From a virus, in IMG/VR virus record IMGVR_UViG_3300042541_002760: DNA of 64,000 bases; one strand, written 5' to 3'. Position 1 is the stretch's first letter. Every line of letters begins with the position of its first letter. The notes under the pieces are model-generated. The model was given only the letters and a program-made list of their open reading frames with translations, made no database searches and was not told where the DNA came from. Shown piece by piece: positions 31,851 to 41,356 of the stretch. A program made the translations under genes and the position numbers.

Positions 31851-32689
31851 CCGTATGCCTTTATGATGATTGATCCGACTGCTCCCGCACCACCTCTACC
31901 TCTTGTTGTGGCGTTTGATCCACCGCCGCCGCCGCCACCTCCAGGGAAACCGCCTGTCATGCCAACCACACCCACCGCTCCTCCTGTACCTCCGTTACCA
32001 CCTGCATATGATGTGAATCCTCCCGCCTTACCACCCGTACCACCACCCGATGCAGTGGATGTGCCATTATTTCCCTGTCCTCGAAATCCTTCTTCGGATC
32101 CCAATTCTCTTCGATCAGGAATATTTGTGACTTGGATAATTGTTCCAGCAGTACCTCCATTGGGAACTGTTGTAGCCTTCAATCCTCCATAACCTCCATT
32201 TGCAACCACCGAATAGAATAAACTTGCTGAACATACATTGAAATCTCCTGATGTGAGGCTGTCATGATCTAATACCGTTATTCCATTTCGAGTATGTCTA
32301 ATAAGACTAGTCTGCAATCCTGCCACTCCATCAACTCCGACATTTCCGCCGAGGCCGCCAGCACCAACAGATAAAACTAATAAATCTCCTGCTTGCATAT
32401 CAAAATTATTAAAAGCACATCCCAAAAAGGTTCCTGTATTTGGTTGCCCACCATACATTGTATATCGCGCATATCCACCACCTCCACCGCCTCCACCGCC
32501 ATAGTAGTTTGTGGGTCTAGTACCAACACTGTGTCCTCCCGCACCACCTCCACCACCTCCCCACAATTCAACAGAAAGATATGAGGTACCTGCGGGAATT
32601 GAATATGATTGAGTTCCTCCCGTGGTGAACTGATTGGTTGCAAGAAGTTGATAACTTCTGCCCTGTGCACCTCTTGCTGCTCCAATCAT
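31847..32689 (-). CDS. Glycine-rich fibre-tip/adhesin-like protein
   Basis: VELWGGGGGG, VGAGG, ANGG.GG, G.G.IIIK; ATGA overlap with the long fibre gene. Confidence 0.75.
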   Translation of the reverse strand: MIGAARGAQGRSYQLLATNQFTTGGTQSYSIPAGTSYLSVELWGGGGGGAGGHSVGTRPTNYYGGGGGGGGGYARYTMYGGQPNTGTFLGCAFNNFDMQAGDLLVLSVGAGGLGGNVGVDGVAGLQTSLIRHTRNGITVLDHDSLTSGDFNVCSASLFYSVVANGGYGGLKATTVPNGGTAGTIIQVTNIPDRRELGSEEGFRGQGNNGTSTASGGGTGGKAGGFTSYAGGNGGTGGAVGVVGMTGGFPGGGGGGGGSNATTRGRGGAGAVGSIIIKAYG

Positions 32690-35600
32690 AAGAAGTTCAA
32701 CCCTCCAACGAATCCATAGATTGTTGTTCCTGCATCAGGAGTGATAAAGGAGATAACATCAATTCCTGTTGTTGACAATGTTGGTTTCACTCCTCCTGGC
32801 CACTTGATTCTTCCTTCCCATGTTGTTGTATTTCCCGTCATGCTTCCACCATTAGTGACAAGCAGAGTTACATTTCCTGCTCCTGTTGCGGGTGCTCCCA
32901 TGAAGTAAATTGCAGTTGTGCCCGTTGCTCCTGTGCCTATTCCTGTGAGAGTTTGCACCTGACCATTTGCAAAATTAATACCAACATTACGCAAAGTTCC
33001 ATTTGAATATATGGATTCGTTGACAATCTTTGCGCCATAGATTGTGGTTGTATTTGAAGCAGTACTACCAAGAGTTGTATTTTGACTAACCGTCAAACTA
33101 TTAAATGATGCTGTTGGGCCACTAACACCATTTGTTCCATGCAACTTTCCATAAATTGTTGCATCTATAGTTCCAGTTGTTCCAATAGTAATTGTATTAG
33201 AACCGCCACCTACTGTGTTATTACCAATGACAATCTGATTGGTTTGTGCATCAGCAGATGATCTTGCTCTCCAACCAATGAAGATAGAATCATTTGCAGT
33301 ATTCAATTTATTGGTAATAACACTTGTGCCAGTCGCACCCTTCCATCGCCCTGCCTGATATCCAATCGCAGTATTTCTTTCAGCAGAACCTGTGGTTGCA
33401 ATCGACTTGAGTGCTTCGTTACCAATTGCAGTATTTTGTTGCCCTTCATCATTTGTAAAGAGTGCCTGATATCCAATTCCAATATTATTAGATGTGAAAT
33501 TAGTACTCAGTGCCTGATATCCAATTGCAAGATTCGAACTTCCATTGGCATTGCTGAGTAATGACTCTCCACCTATCGAAACATTATAACTTCCATCTAC
33601 AAGAGACTGTGATGAATTTGAACCGATGGCAACATTATTAGATGCGGTTGATATTGTGGTTATAGCGTTAGATCCCAATGCCACATTGTTGATTCCTCCA
33701 CCCGTACAAGAATGAAGTGCATTGAATCCAAATGCAACCGAATATGAATTAGTACCAATTTCCATGGCACCGCTTCCAACAGCAGTATTGAACAGTCCTC
33801 CTGAATTTCCTGATAGTGCGCCTTTGCCAATTCCAAGATTGCTCGCAACATTTCCAGCACCCAATCCAATATTCACTCCGTTGACTTTGATGTCATTTGC
33901 AAAGGTTGCACCACTTGCAGAAAGACCTGCACTTGCAGTCAGTAATTCACTAAAAGATCCAATACCATTAAATACATGTCCTTGGGTTGCACTATGTGTT
34001 ATGGTTTGGGTAGTATCATCGACAATGATTTGTGTGCCATCATTATTTCCATCATCGCCAACAGTAACAACAGCACCAAACAAATTTAGAATTCCGTTTC
34101 CACCAATAGCACTTACATCAAGAGTGTCGTTTCCATAACTTAATATTTCGCTATTACCCTTTCCTGCATTTATCTTCAATCCTCTGTTTGACAAACCAAA
34201 TGTATGATCAACAGCAGCACCAAATGTAGAGCCAGCCGCAACAACCAGATAATCTGTAGTAATAGTGGATGCACTAATACCTGCACTTGCAGTCAGTAGT
34301 CTAGAGAATGAGCCTGTAGCACCACTAAAGTTTCCACCGAAGGTTGCACCGCTCAGTACATTCAGATTGGAAATCGTAACATTATCGCGAAGACCAATAA
34401 CGATGTTTGGACATGTATTGAGAACTTCAATCTCTGACGCTGACCCCGTTATTACAACTGCTGCTGTGCATCCATTGAGAGATGCAACCGCAGTGACTGC
34501 CCCTGTTAGCCCATTGAAAGACCTGACCGTATTGGTTTCAATGTATGCATATGCACTTGCACCCTTAACAAGTCCTTCTTGTCCTGCTGCAACATTACCG
34601 AGGACAACACCGATCTCAAGCGAAAGATTATCATCAAATGTCTTTTTTGTGGCATTTGTTAATTGTCCCAATGTTGAACTTGTTATCAGTCCAAAATTTT
34701 CGGCAAAGAAGTTTTGAATGGATGCTCTTTTTGCCTTGACAGATCCTGTTTCATCTCCGTCATATATCAAGACAAAGTTTGTTTTTTTGCTGGTATAGGT
34801 GCCTGTATATGCAGTGAGATTTGCTGGATCGAAGAACAGACTTGTAGCAACATCATCTCCTGATACTCCTGCACTTAATCCACTACCAGGTGCGGCAAAG
34901 AACGAACCACGAAGTCTTACCAATCCATATTTGGGATCAACGGTGAAGAACGCATTATCGAAGTATCCAACTCCTGTCAGACCATGTTCCCATGATTCCT
35001 CATAGTTTCCTTGCTGCCCTGAGGCGACATAACCAGGCATCCCTTCAGGAATACCAGCAGTGCTAACACGAACACTAGATGTAAGCCTTGCAGTTAATTT
35101 TTTGTTGTTGGTTGCCGCTATATAACCACCCGTCCAAATTGCACCAGATGTTGATCCTGCCCCAACAAGTACAGACGAATCACCCCATACAGTATCGCCT
35201 GTTGCACCAACCGATGCATTAGCACCAATCGTGATTACATTATTACCAACACCACCGCGAGTGAGTGTGACACCAGATCCTGCGGTGAGGGACACTTGTC
35301 CAACAATAGCAGTAGTATTGTTGTTGCCGAATGCAATTCCTGTAACACCTGTATTGTTAACAGTAATACTTGACCCAAGAGAAGGGGTTCCACTTACGGA
35401 AATCCCACTTCCACTGTTTACTGTAATGCTACTATTAGCAAGTTGTGTGTTAGATATACCGCTCGACTTGATCGTTGTATGTCCTGTTATACTAACTGCA
35501 AACGATGAACTATCAAATGATGCAACACCCGTAACACCTGTAGTTGCAATACGAGCATCGATGAGATGAGTTCCTGCAACAGCACTTCGAACACTTACGG

Positions 35601-38433
35601 CTGCATTGTTCCCTTCACCTGTGATAGTAATTGCACTTGTATTACCATTAACACTCGGTACTCCTCCCGATCCACTTGTAAATGTAATTGTATTTCCTAA
35701 GACAGTTATTGCAGATCCTGTTAGATTGATCTTTCCTGTAAGACCAGCATCAAGACCAAATCCAATTCCTGTAACACCCGTATTTGCAATGGTTCCACTA
35801 GAAGCAATGGTAATCTGATTACCACTACGAGTGAGTGTGACATTAGATCCTGCCGTGATAGATACTTGTCCAACAATAGCAGTAGTGTTATTAGCACCGA
35901 ATGCAATTCCTGTAACACCACCACCCACACTGCTACTAGACGCAATCGTAACTTGATTGCCAACAACAGTCATTGTGACATTCGATCCGCTTGTCAGTGA
36001 CACATTACCAGTAAGAGTTGCATTGCCAAATGCAATTTGATTTACAATGTTCGATGCTTTTATCGTTGGTGCAAAGACATTTCCTGCAAATGTTGTTCCT
36101 GGATTAGCCGCCAGTGCGGCGACTTGTTGGATATCACCAGAAATAACAAGTCCAGTAGCGTTGGGGGCGGAGGGACTTGGGAAGATAGAAACATTTTGTA
36201 TTTCCTTGCCTATCACAATTCCGTTAGTGGATATTATATAGTCCGATACATTAATGATATTTGCAGTCAATCCATTCGTAGAAATACCGCCTAGTGCTGT
36301 TAGACCATTATTGAATCTAGCAAGACCTGTAGTTGTCAAACCACTATTAAAGGTAGCAAGACCATTAAAGACTGCTGTAGTTGCAGTGAGTCCTGTAGTA
36401 TGAATACCACCTAGTGATGTCAGACCATTGGTGAACCATACTAATCCCGATGCACTCAATCCACCTGTTGATGTAAGACCTGTGGTCTGAATACCACCAT
36501 TGAATGTTTGTGTCCCTGTATTAGTAGTGTTACCATCAACAGTTAGGTTGCCTGTAAATCGACCATTGGTTGCAGTGAGTCCTCTAGTGTGAATACCACC
36601 TAGTGCTGTTAGACCATTAATAAAGGTAGCAAGACCTGTAGTTGTCAGACCACTACTAAATGTAGCAAGACCAGATGCACTTAAGCCACTACTGAATGTA
36701 GCAAGACCATTAAAGACTGCTGTGGTTGCAGTGAGTCCAATCGTATGAATACCACCTAGTGCTGTTAGACCATTATTGAATCTAGCAAGACCTGTAGTTG
36801 TCAAACCACTATTAAAGGTAGCAAGACCATTAAAGACTGCTGTAGTTGCAGTGAGTCCTGTAGTATGAATACCACCTAGTGATGTCAGACCATTACTAAA
36901 TGTAGCAAGACCAGATGCACTTAAGCCACTTGAGAATACTGAGACACCTGAGAATGTAACACCCCCCGAAAAAGATGCAACAACCTTACCATCTGTAACT
37001 GTAAAGTGCCCTGGATGAAATGATGCAACACCTGTAAGACTTGTAGTTGCAATACGAGTATCAAATACTACATCAACACCATCTCCGTTGAAGTCTTGAG
37101 TTGCTACAGTGCGAATAGAACCCGATCCTGTGAGAGTTAAGTTGCCTCCCAAAGTAACATCAGCCTTGCCACCAATATTCCCCTGTACACCAAAAAAAGT
37201 GCTGGGATTTTTTAATGTTACTACACCTGTTGCTCCAACATTGAAGGATACTGAACTAAACGAGGCAACACCCGTAATACCTGTGTTGGTTGCAATACGA
37301 GCATCAATACGATTAATTCCTGCAACACTACTTCGAACAACTACAGCAGCATTGTTTCCTGCGCCTGTAATCGATATATCTCCTGTTGCACCATTGACGG
37401 TAGACACTCCATACTTACCAAGATCGTCTGTGGTCTCTACAAGATTCTTCCACTGAGACCAAATATATGTTCCTGTTGCACCACCTGATGTTCCTGTTCC
37501 ACCACGAAGGATATATCCCGTGCGAACATATTTGTCAAATGTCGTTTCATATGATCCGCTTGCTGCGGGTACACCACCAAGACCAGATGGTGATTGGACA
37601 TTATCAATCCATGTTCCATACTGTATGAGTGTTCTAAATGGAGTACCGATTTGAGTATCAACAAGTCCCAATGCTTGAAAATTTACATTTATATTTTCAA
37701 CAAGAAGTGCTCGTTCCAATCCAGTGCAAACTGCTGTCTGTGGGGTATCTCCTGGTGCATTTTTATAACATAGTGGAGGTACACCGCCAAGATTTCCCAA
37801 ATATTGCCCAATGAGATTTCCTTGACCTGTGCTTGAATATGCTTTTGCAAGGAACATTCCTGCGCCTGTGATGGAATCTATATCGAGAACAGTTCTGACA
37901 CTAGTGTTGCCTTCTTGATATGCATTTGCAGGGAGTAGTTCTGCAACCTTTCCACCAACCCGATTGGCATAATCTATGCTTGAAGCAATAGTTTTTGTAA
38001 AATCTACTAGTCCTGCAACACCCGAAGATGGAGTTAAATTATATGCATCAGGATTTCTATAAAGACCCCATCCTGCATTACCATTTCCAATTGAAACACG
38101 CCCATTGAAAGTTACACCGCTGTCATATCCTGAAAAAATTGCATTGCCCGTGATATTGAGTGTATGTCCCGTGATATCAGGATTTAAAGATACCTCAAAG
38201 AGAGTTGCTGTTGGGCCATTTGAATCAGCCTGAACATTAATACCATTTCCTGCATTAACAGTAAATTGTGGTGTATAGAAAACTGAATTGAATGTTAAAT
38301 ATCCACCGCTTGACAGACCAACAAAGAGTCTTTGATCTCTAAGGTTGACTGCAAGTTCACCTGAAGTTAATCCAGATGGAGTTGCACCTACTGCTTCAGT
38401 TCTGTGTATTTGTATTTGACTTTCGCGAGCCAT
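32686..38433 (-). CDS. Long tail fibre-like protein, 1915 aa
   Basis: Mtd-N-like head, RIAT..TGVASF repeats, GLTA/GLAT tandem repeats, N.AIG..AL (YadA-head-like) repeats, IKWPGG.KP..IDV terminal domain. Confidence 0.85.
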   Translation of the reverse strand: MARESQIQIHRTEAVGATPSGLTSGELAVNLRDQRLFVGLSSGGYLTFNSVFYTPQFTVNAGNGINVQADSNGPTATLFEVSLNPDITGHTLNITGNAIFSGYDSGVTFNGRVSIGNGNAGWGLYRNPDAYNLTPSSGVAGLVDFTKTIASSIDYANRVGGKVAELLPANAYQEGNTSVRTVLDIDSITGAGMFLAKAYSSTGQGNLIGQYLGNLGGVPPLCYKNAPGDTPQTAVCTGLERALLVENINVNFQALGLVDTQIGTPFRTLIQYGTWIDNVQSPSGLGGVPAASGSYETTFDKYVRTGYILRGGTGTSGGATGTYIWSQWKNLVETTDDLGKYGVSTVNGATGDISITGAGNNAAVVVRSSVAGINRIDARIATNTGITGVASFSSVSFNVGATGVVTLKNPSTFFGVQGNIGGKADVTLGGNLTLTGSGSIRTVATQDFNGDGVDVVFDTRIATTSLTGVASFHPGHFTVTDGKVVASFSGGVTFSGVSVFSSGLSASGLATFSNGLTSLGGIHTTGLTATTAVFNGLATFNSGLTTTGLARFNNGLTALGGIHTIGLTATTAVFNGLATFSSGLSASGLATFSSGLTTTGLATFINGLTALGGIHTRGLTATNGRFTGNLTVDGNTTNTGTQTFNGGIQTTGLTSTGGLSASGLVWFTNGLTSLGGIHTTGLTATTAVFNGLATFNSGLTTTGLARFNNGLTALGGISTNGLTANIINVSDYIISTNGIVIGKEIQNVSIFPSPSAPNATGLVISGDIQQVAALAANPGTTFAGNVFAPTIKASNIVNQIAFGNATLTGNVSLTSGSNVTMTVVGNQVTIASSSSVGGGVTGIAFGANNTTAIVGQVSITAGSNVTLTRSGNQITIASSGTIANTGVTGIGFGLDAGLTGKINLTGSAITVLGNTITFTSGSGGVPSVNGNTSAITITGEGNNAAVSVRSAVAGTHLIDARIATTGVTGVASFDSSSFAVSITGHTTIKSSGISNTQLANSSITVNSGSGISVSGTPSLGSSITVNNTGVTGIAFGNNNTTAIVGQVSLTAGSGVTLTRGGVGNNVITIGANASVGATGDTVWGDSSVLVGAGSTSGAIWTGGYIAATNNKKLTARLTSSVRVSTAGIPEGMPGYVASGQQGNYEESWEHGLTGVGYFDNAFFTVDPKYGLVRLRGSFFAAPGSGLSAGVSGDDVATSLFFDPANLTAYTGTYTSKKTNFVLIYDGDETGSVKAKRASIQNFFAENFGLITSSTLGQLTNATKKTFDDNLSLEIGVVLGNVAAGQEGLVKGASAYAYIETNTVRSFNGLTGAVTAVASLNGCTAAVVITGSASEIEVLNTCPNIVIGLRDNVTISNLNVLSGATFGGNFSGATGSFSRLLTASAGISASTITTDYLVVAAGSTFGAAVDHTFGLSNRGLKINAGKGNSEILSYGNDTLDVSAIGGNGILNLFGAVVTVGDDGNNDGTQIIVDDTTQTITHSATQGHVFNGIGSFSELLTASAGLSASGATFANDIKVNGVNIGLGAGNVASNLGIGKGALSGNSGGLFNTAVGSGAMEIGTNSYSVAFGFNALHSCTGGGINNVALGSNAITTISTASNNVAIGSNSSQSLVDGSYNVSIGGESLLSNANGSSNLAIGYQALSTNFTSNNIGIGYQALFTNDEGQQNTAIGNEALKSIATTGSAERNTAIGYQAGRWKGATGTSVITNKLNTANDSIFIGWRARSSADAQTNQIVIGNNTVGGGSNTITIGTTGTIDATIYGKLHGTNGVSGPTASFNSLTVSQNTTLGSTASNTTTIYGAKIVNESIYSNGTLRNVGINFANGQVQTLTGIGTGATGTTAIYFMGAPATGAGNVTLLVTNGGSMTGNTTTWEGRIKWPGGVKPTLSTTGIDVISFITPDAGTTIYGFVGGLNFL
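36290..36940. repeat. Tandem coding repeats (GLTATTAVFNGLATF..GLT..), also at about 38990-39240
   Basis: Multiple near-identical nucleotide units shared by two fibre genes. Confidence 0.85.
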
Positions 38434-38502
38434 AGTTTAGTTCACCACATTATATAGATATGAAATTTCATGCCAATTCTTCAGTCGAATTTGAATGTAA
38501 AA

Positions 38503-40545
38503 TTAGAATGTGCCTCCATCAAGTTTTACAACAAGTGTTGCTATGGTGTATCCCGCTCCACCTGCATTAATGGTTGCTAGAGGTTCAATTCCTCCTGTAA
38601 GTCCCGTGAAGAATTTGTATCTACCACCATCACTTGCATCTCGAAACAATCCTGTATGTCTTTTATCCCCTTGTAAACCATCGGTGAAATATTGTCCAAA
38701 GAATCCAATATCTTGACTATCGGCGTTATTTCCTGTTCCCAATTTAATCAGGGGATCTTCTATTATAATGGTTTCTACATTCGCAGTAATTACTGTACCA
38801 TCGACAGTTAGATTTCCCGTAACTGTTACATCATTTGTAAAGGTTGCATTAGTAAATCTTGCATTATTTGCAAATATGGTATTCGCAGTAATGCCTGTTG
38901 CACTTAAGCCACTTGAGAATACTGAGGTACCACTGAATGTAACACCTCCACCACTTGCAAAGGATGCATTGGTTCCTACGATATTAAATGCAGTCAATCC
39001 TCTAGTATGAATACCACCTGGTGCAGTGAGACCATTACTAAAGGTAGCAAGACCTGTAGTTGTGAGACCACTATTGAATGTAGCAAGACCATTGAAGACT
39101 GCTGTAGTTGCTGTCAATCCTGTAGTATGAATACCACCTGGTGCAGTAAGACCATTGGTGAAATATACTAATCCCGATGCACTTAAGCCATTTGTTGCTG
39201 TGAGACCTGTGGTTTGTATTCCACCATTAAATGTCTGTGTTTGTGTCCATGTATTCAATGCAGATGTGGTTGCACCGCCACCACTAGTTGCAATGGTAAC
39301 TTGATTGCCAACGACAGTCATTGTGACATTCGATCCGCTTGTCAGCGACACATTACCAGTAAGAGTTGCATTGCCAAATGCAATTGATGTAACACCTGCA
39401 TTTGTAATGGTTGCTTGGTTGTTGGATCTAGATACAGAAATACTATTTCCTGCTACAACTGTGTCTCCTGTAACGGAAAAAGACCCTGTGAGACTTACAT
39501 GACCCGAAAGACCAAGTGCAAAGTGTCTTGGATCAAACGAGGCAACACCCGTAAGTGATGCAGTTGCAATTCTTGGTACAAAAGTTATAGTGGCGTTGTT
39601 TAAATCATTTACTGCTCTAATTGCCCCACCATCACCCGTAATGTTAAGAAACGCGCCATTAAGACTAGCACCTGATGTAAGCCCATTGAGAGAATACAAA
39701 CCACTGCTGCTTATCCTTAAATATGGGTTTGTCTGTGTTGGTACATCACCATATCCTGCACTTACATTGATATTATAACCATCGCCCTGAATTTGTATGC
39801 CTTTTTGATACCAATCAGCCGTGACTCCGCTTCCCTGTACACTCAGTGACCGAACACCCGTATTCTGAATCTGTATGTTTCCTGTGGTGCCACTTAAGTA
39901 AATACCATTAGTTCCTATGTTACCATAGGTGACTGTTCCTGATGTTATACCCGTAACACCCGCATTTGTAATAGTTGCTTGATTGTTAGATCTAGATACA
40001 GAAATACTATTTCCTGCTACAACAGTGTCGCCTGTAACGGAAAAAGACCCTGTGAGACTTACATGTCCCGATGCACCCAAGGCAAAGTGTCTTGGATCAA
40101 ACGAAGCAACTCCTGTAAGACTGCTAGTTGCAATACGCGCATCAATGATATGAGTATCTACAGCAGTCCTTCGAACAACTACGGCTGCATTGTTCCCTGC
40201 ACCTGTGATGGTAATTATGCCAGTATCGCCATTGACTGAAACGACTTCACCCTTTGTTCCTGCTATAGTATCGACATAGTTTTTGATTGCGTTTGATGTG
40301 GAAAGAGTATTGTTGGCATCTTGTCCATTTCCCCACAAATCTGTCCCACCATTACCAATATTACCAAGCGACTCTCCTGTGATCGATGCGCCAATCCATA
40401 CGGACTCAACAGTCGCCCCACCTCCTGTACCTCCAACAAATAGTTTTCGACTTGCTCCTGCAAATCCAAATTCACCAAAGGTAAGACCAGTTGGCGTGTC
40501 GGCAGATAGAGAACGGAGAATTGTAATTATACTTTCGCGTGCCAT
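38503..40545 (-). CDS. Fibre protein, 680 aa, ending LDGGTF
   Basis: MARES head, internal duplication (about 39385-39570 and 39955-40135), IEDPLIKL..DIGF motif; TATAAATA at 40567-40574. Confidence 0.8.
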   Translation of the reverse strand: MARESIITILRSLSADTPTGLTFGEFGFAGASRKLFVGGTGGGATVESVWIGASITGESLGNIGNGGTDLWGNGQDANNTLSTSNAIKNYVDTIAGTKGEVVSVNGDTGIITITGAGNNAAVVVRRTAVDTHIIDARIATSSLTGVASFDPRHFALGASGHVSLTGSFSVTGDTVVAGNSISVSRSNNQATITNAGVTGITSGTVTYGNIGTNGIYLSGTTGNIQIQNTGVRSLSVQGSGVTADWYQKGIQIQGDGYNINVSAGYGDVPTQTNPYLRISSSGLYSLNGLTSGASLNGAFLNITGDGGAIRAVNDLNNATITFVPRIATASLTGVASFDPRHFALGLSGHVSLTGSFSVTGDTVVAGNSISVSRSNNQATITNAGVTSIAFGNATLTGNVSLTSGSNVTMTVVGNQVTIATSGGGATTSALNTWTQTQTFNGGIQTTGLTATNGLSASGLVYFTNGLTAPGGIHTTGLTATTAVFNGLATFNSGLTTTGLATFSNGLTAPGGIHTRGLTAFNIVGTNASFASGGGVTFSGTSVFSSGLSATGITANTIFANNARFTNATFTNDVTVTGNLTVDGTVITANVETIIIEDPLIKLGTGNNADSQDIGFFGQYFTDGLQGDKRHTGLFRDASDGGRYKFFTGLTGGIEPLATINAGGAGYTIATLVVKLDGGTF

Positions 40546-40591
40546 ATGTTAAGTTCCTTGTGTTTCTATTTATACTGTTAATGCAATATCT

Positions 40592-41098
40592 TTAAAATGT
40601 TCCACCATCAGTCACTTCCCGAGGAGTTTTCCCCTGCAAGGTCTTGGCATTCACTTCGAGCAAAAGAGAGCCATCAAGTGCAGGTAATGCTCCTGTTAGC
40701 CCTTCGGCCCATTTGCTGCTTGGCCCCAATACAATAAGATTTTTTGTCTTGATTCCTGTTTTTATCTGAACATGCCCCGTCAATGTGACATTGAAAAAGT
40801 CGTAATCAAATGATGCGACTCCCGAATGCCCCGAGGCAGCGATTCTTGCGGTAAAAAACCCATTATCTCTTCCTACAACGGCACCGCCATCGCCTGTGAG
40901 GGTAACTCCCCCAACAAGACCATTGACGCTTGTGACCCCTGAAGATTGGTTTCCGAATACAATCAGAGACCCGTTTGTTCCACCAATAAACAGTTTCCCA
41001 TCGACTAGGTTGGCTGCAAGTTCACCCGCCGTGAGGGATGCAGGGATTGCACCTGCCGTAAGGGATCTGTATATGCGAATAGTTTCTTGTCGTGCCAT
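40592..41098 (-). CDS. Short fibre adaptor, 168 aa, ending TDGGTF
   Basis: IRIYRS...PASLTAGELAANLVDGKLFIG head; VTSVNG motif. Confidence 0.75.
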   Translation of the reverse strand: MARQETIRIYRSLTAGAIPASLTAGELAANLVDGKLFIGGTNGSLIVFGNQSSGVTSVNGLVGGVTLTGDGGAVVGRDNGFFTARIAASGHSGVASFDYDFFNVTLTGHVQIKTGIKTKNLIVLGPSSKWAEGLTGALPALDGSLLLEVNAKTLQGKTPREVTDGGTF

Positions 41099-41136
41099 CG
41101 TAAACCCATGGAAGGGTAGTTTACGAGGTATTTAGG
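41096..41136 (-). promoter_or_regulatory. Late promoter + hairpin leader, copy 1 of a 41-bp direct repeat
   Basis: CCTAAATACCT-CGTAAAC..GTTTACG-ATG; 39/41 identical to 51640-51680. Confidence 0.85.
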
Positions 41137-41214
41137 AGGAAACTAGATAGGTAAAAGAATGAAATTGGGATGCCTACCCCGCCCAAATATCTTTACATTT
41201 TTAAATATCAAACA

Positions 41215-41355
41215 TCATCCAATGCTGATTCGTTCAGGTAAAGCCAATCTCAACTCAAACCAAGACCCATCTGGTTCCAACTTAGAGATCGTTCCAATCT
41301 CTTGTATTGGCATATCAAGAAAAAAGTATGCGCTATAGAAAATGATATCATCCAT
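41215..41355 (-). CDS. Possible 46-aa protein (MDDIIFYSAYFFLDMPIQ...)
   Basis: Starts 1 nt after the upstream stop; no recognisable motif. Confidence 0.35.
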   Translation of the reverse strand: MDDIIFYSAYFFLDMPIQEIGTISKLEPDGSWFELRLALPERISIG

Positions 41356-41356
41356 A

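Noticed and set aside
41143-41355. In-frame TGA at 41215-41217 followed by 23 open codons, as selenocysteine or readthrough
   Set aside because: No redox motif or convincing SECIS; TGA and TAG act as ordinary stops elsewhere, so no evidence for recoding.
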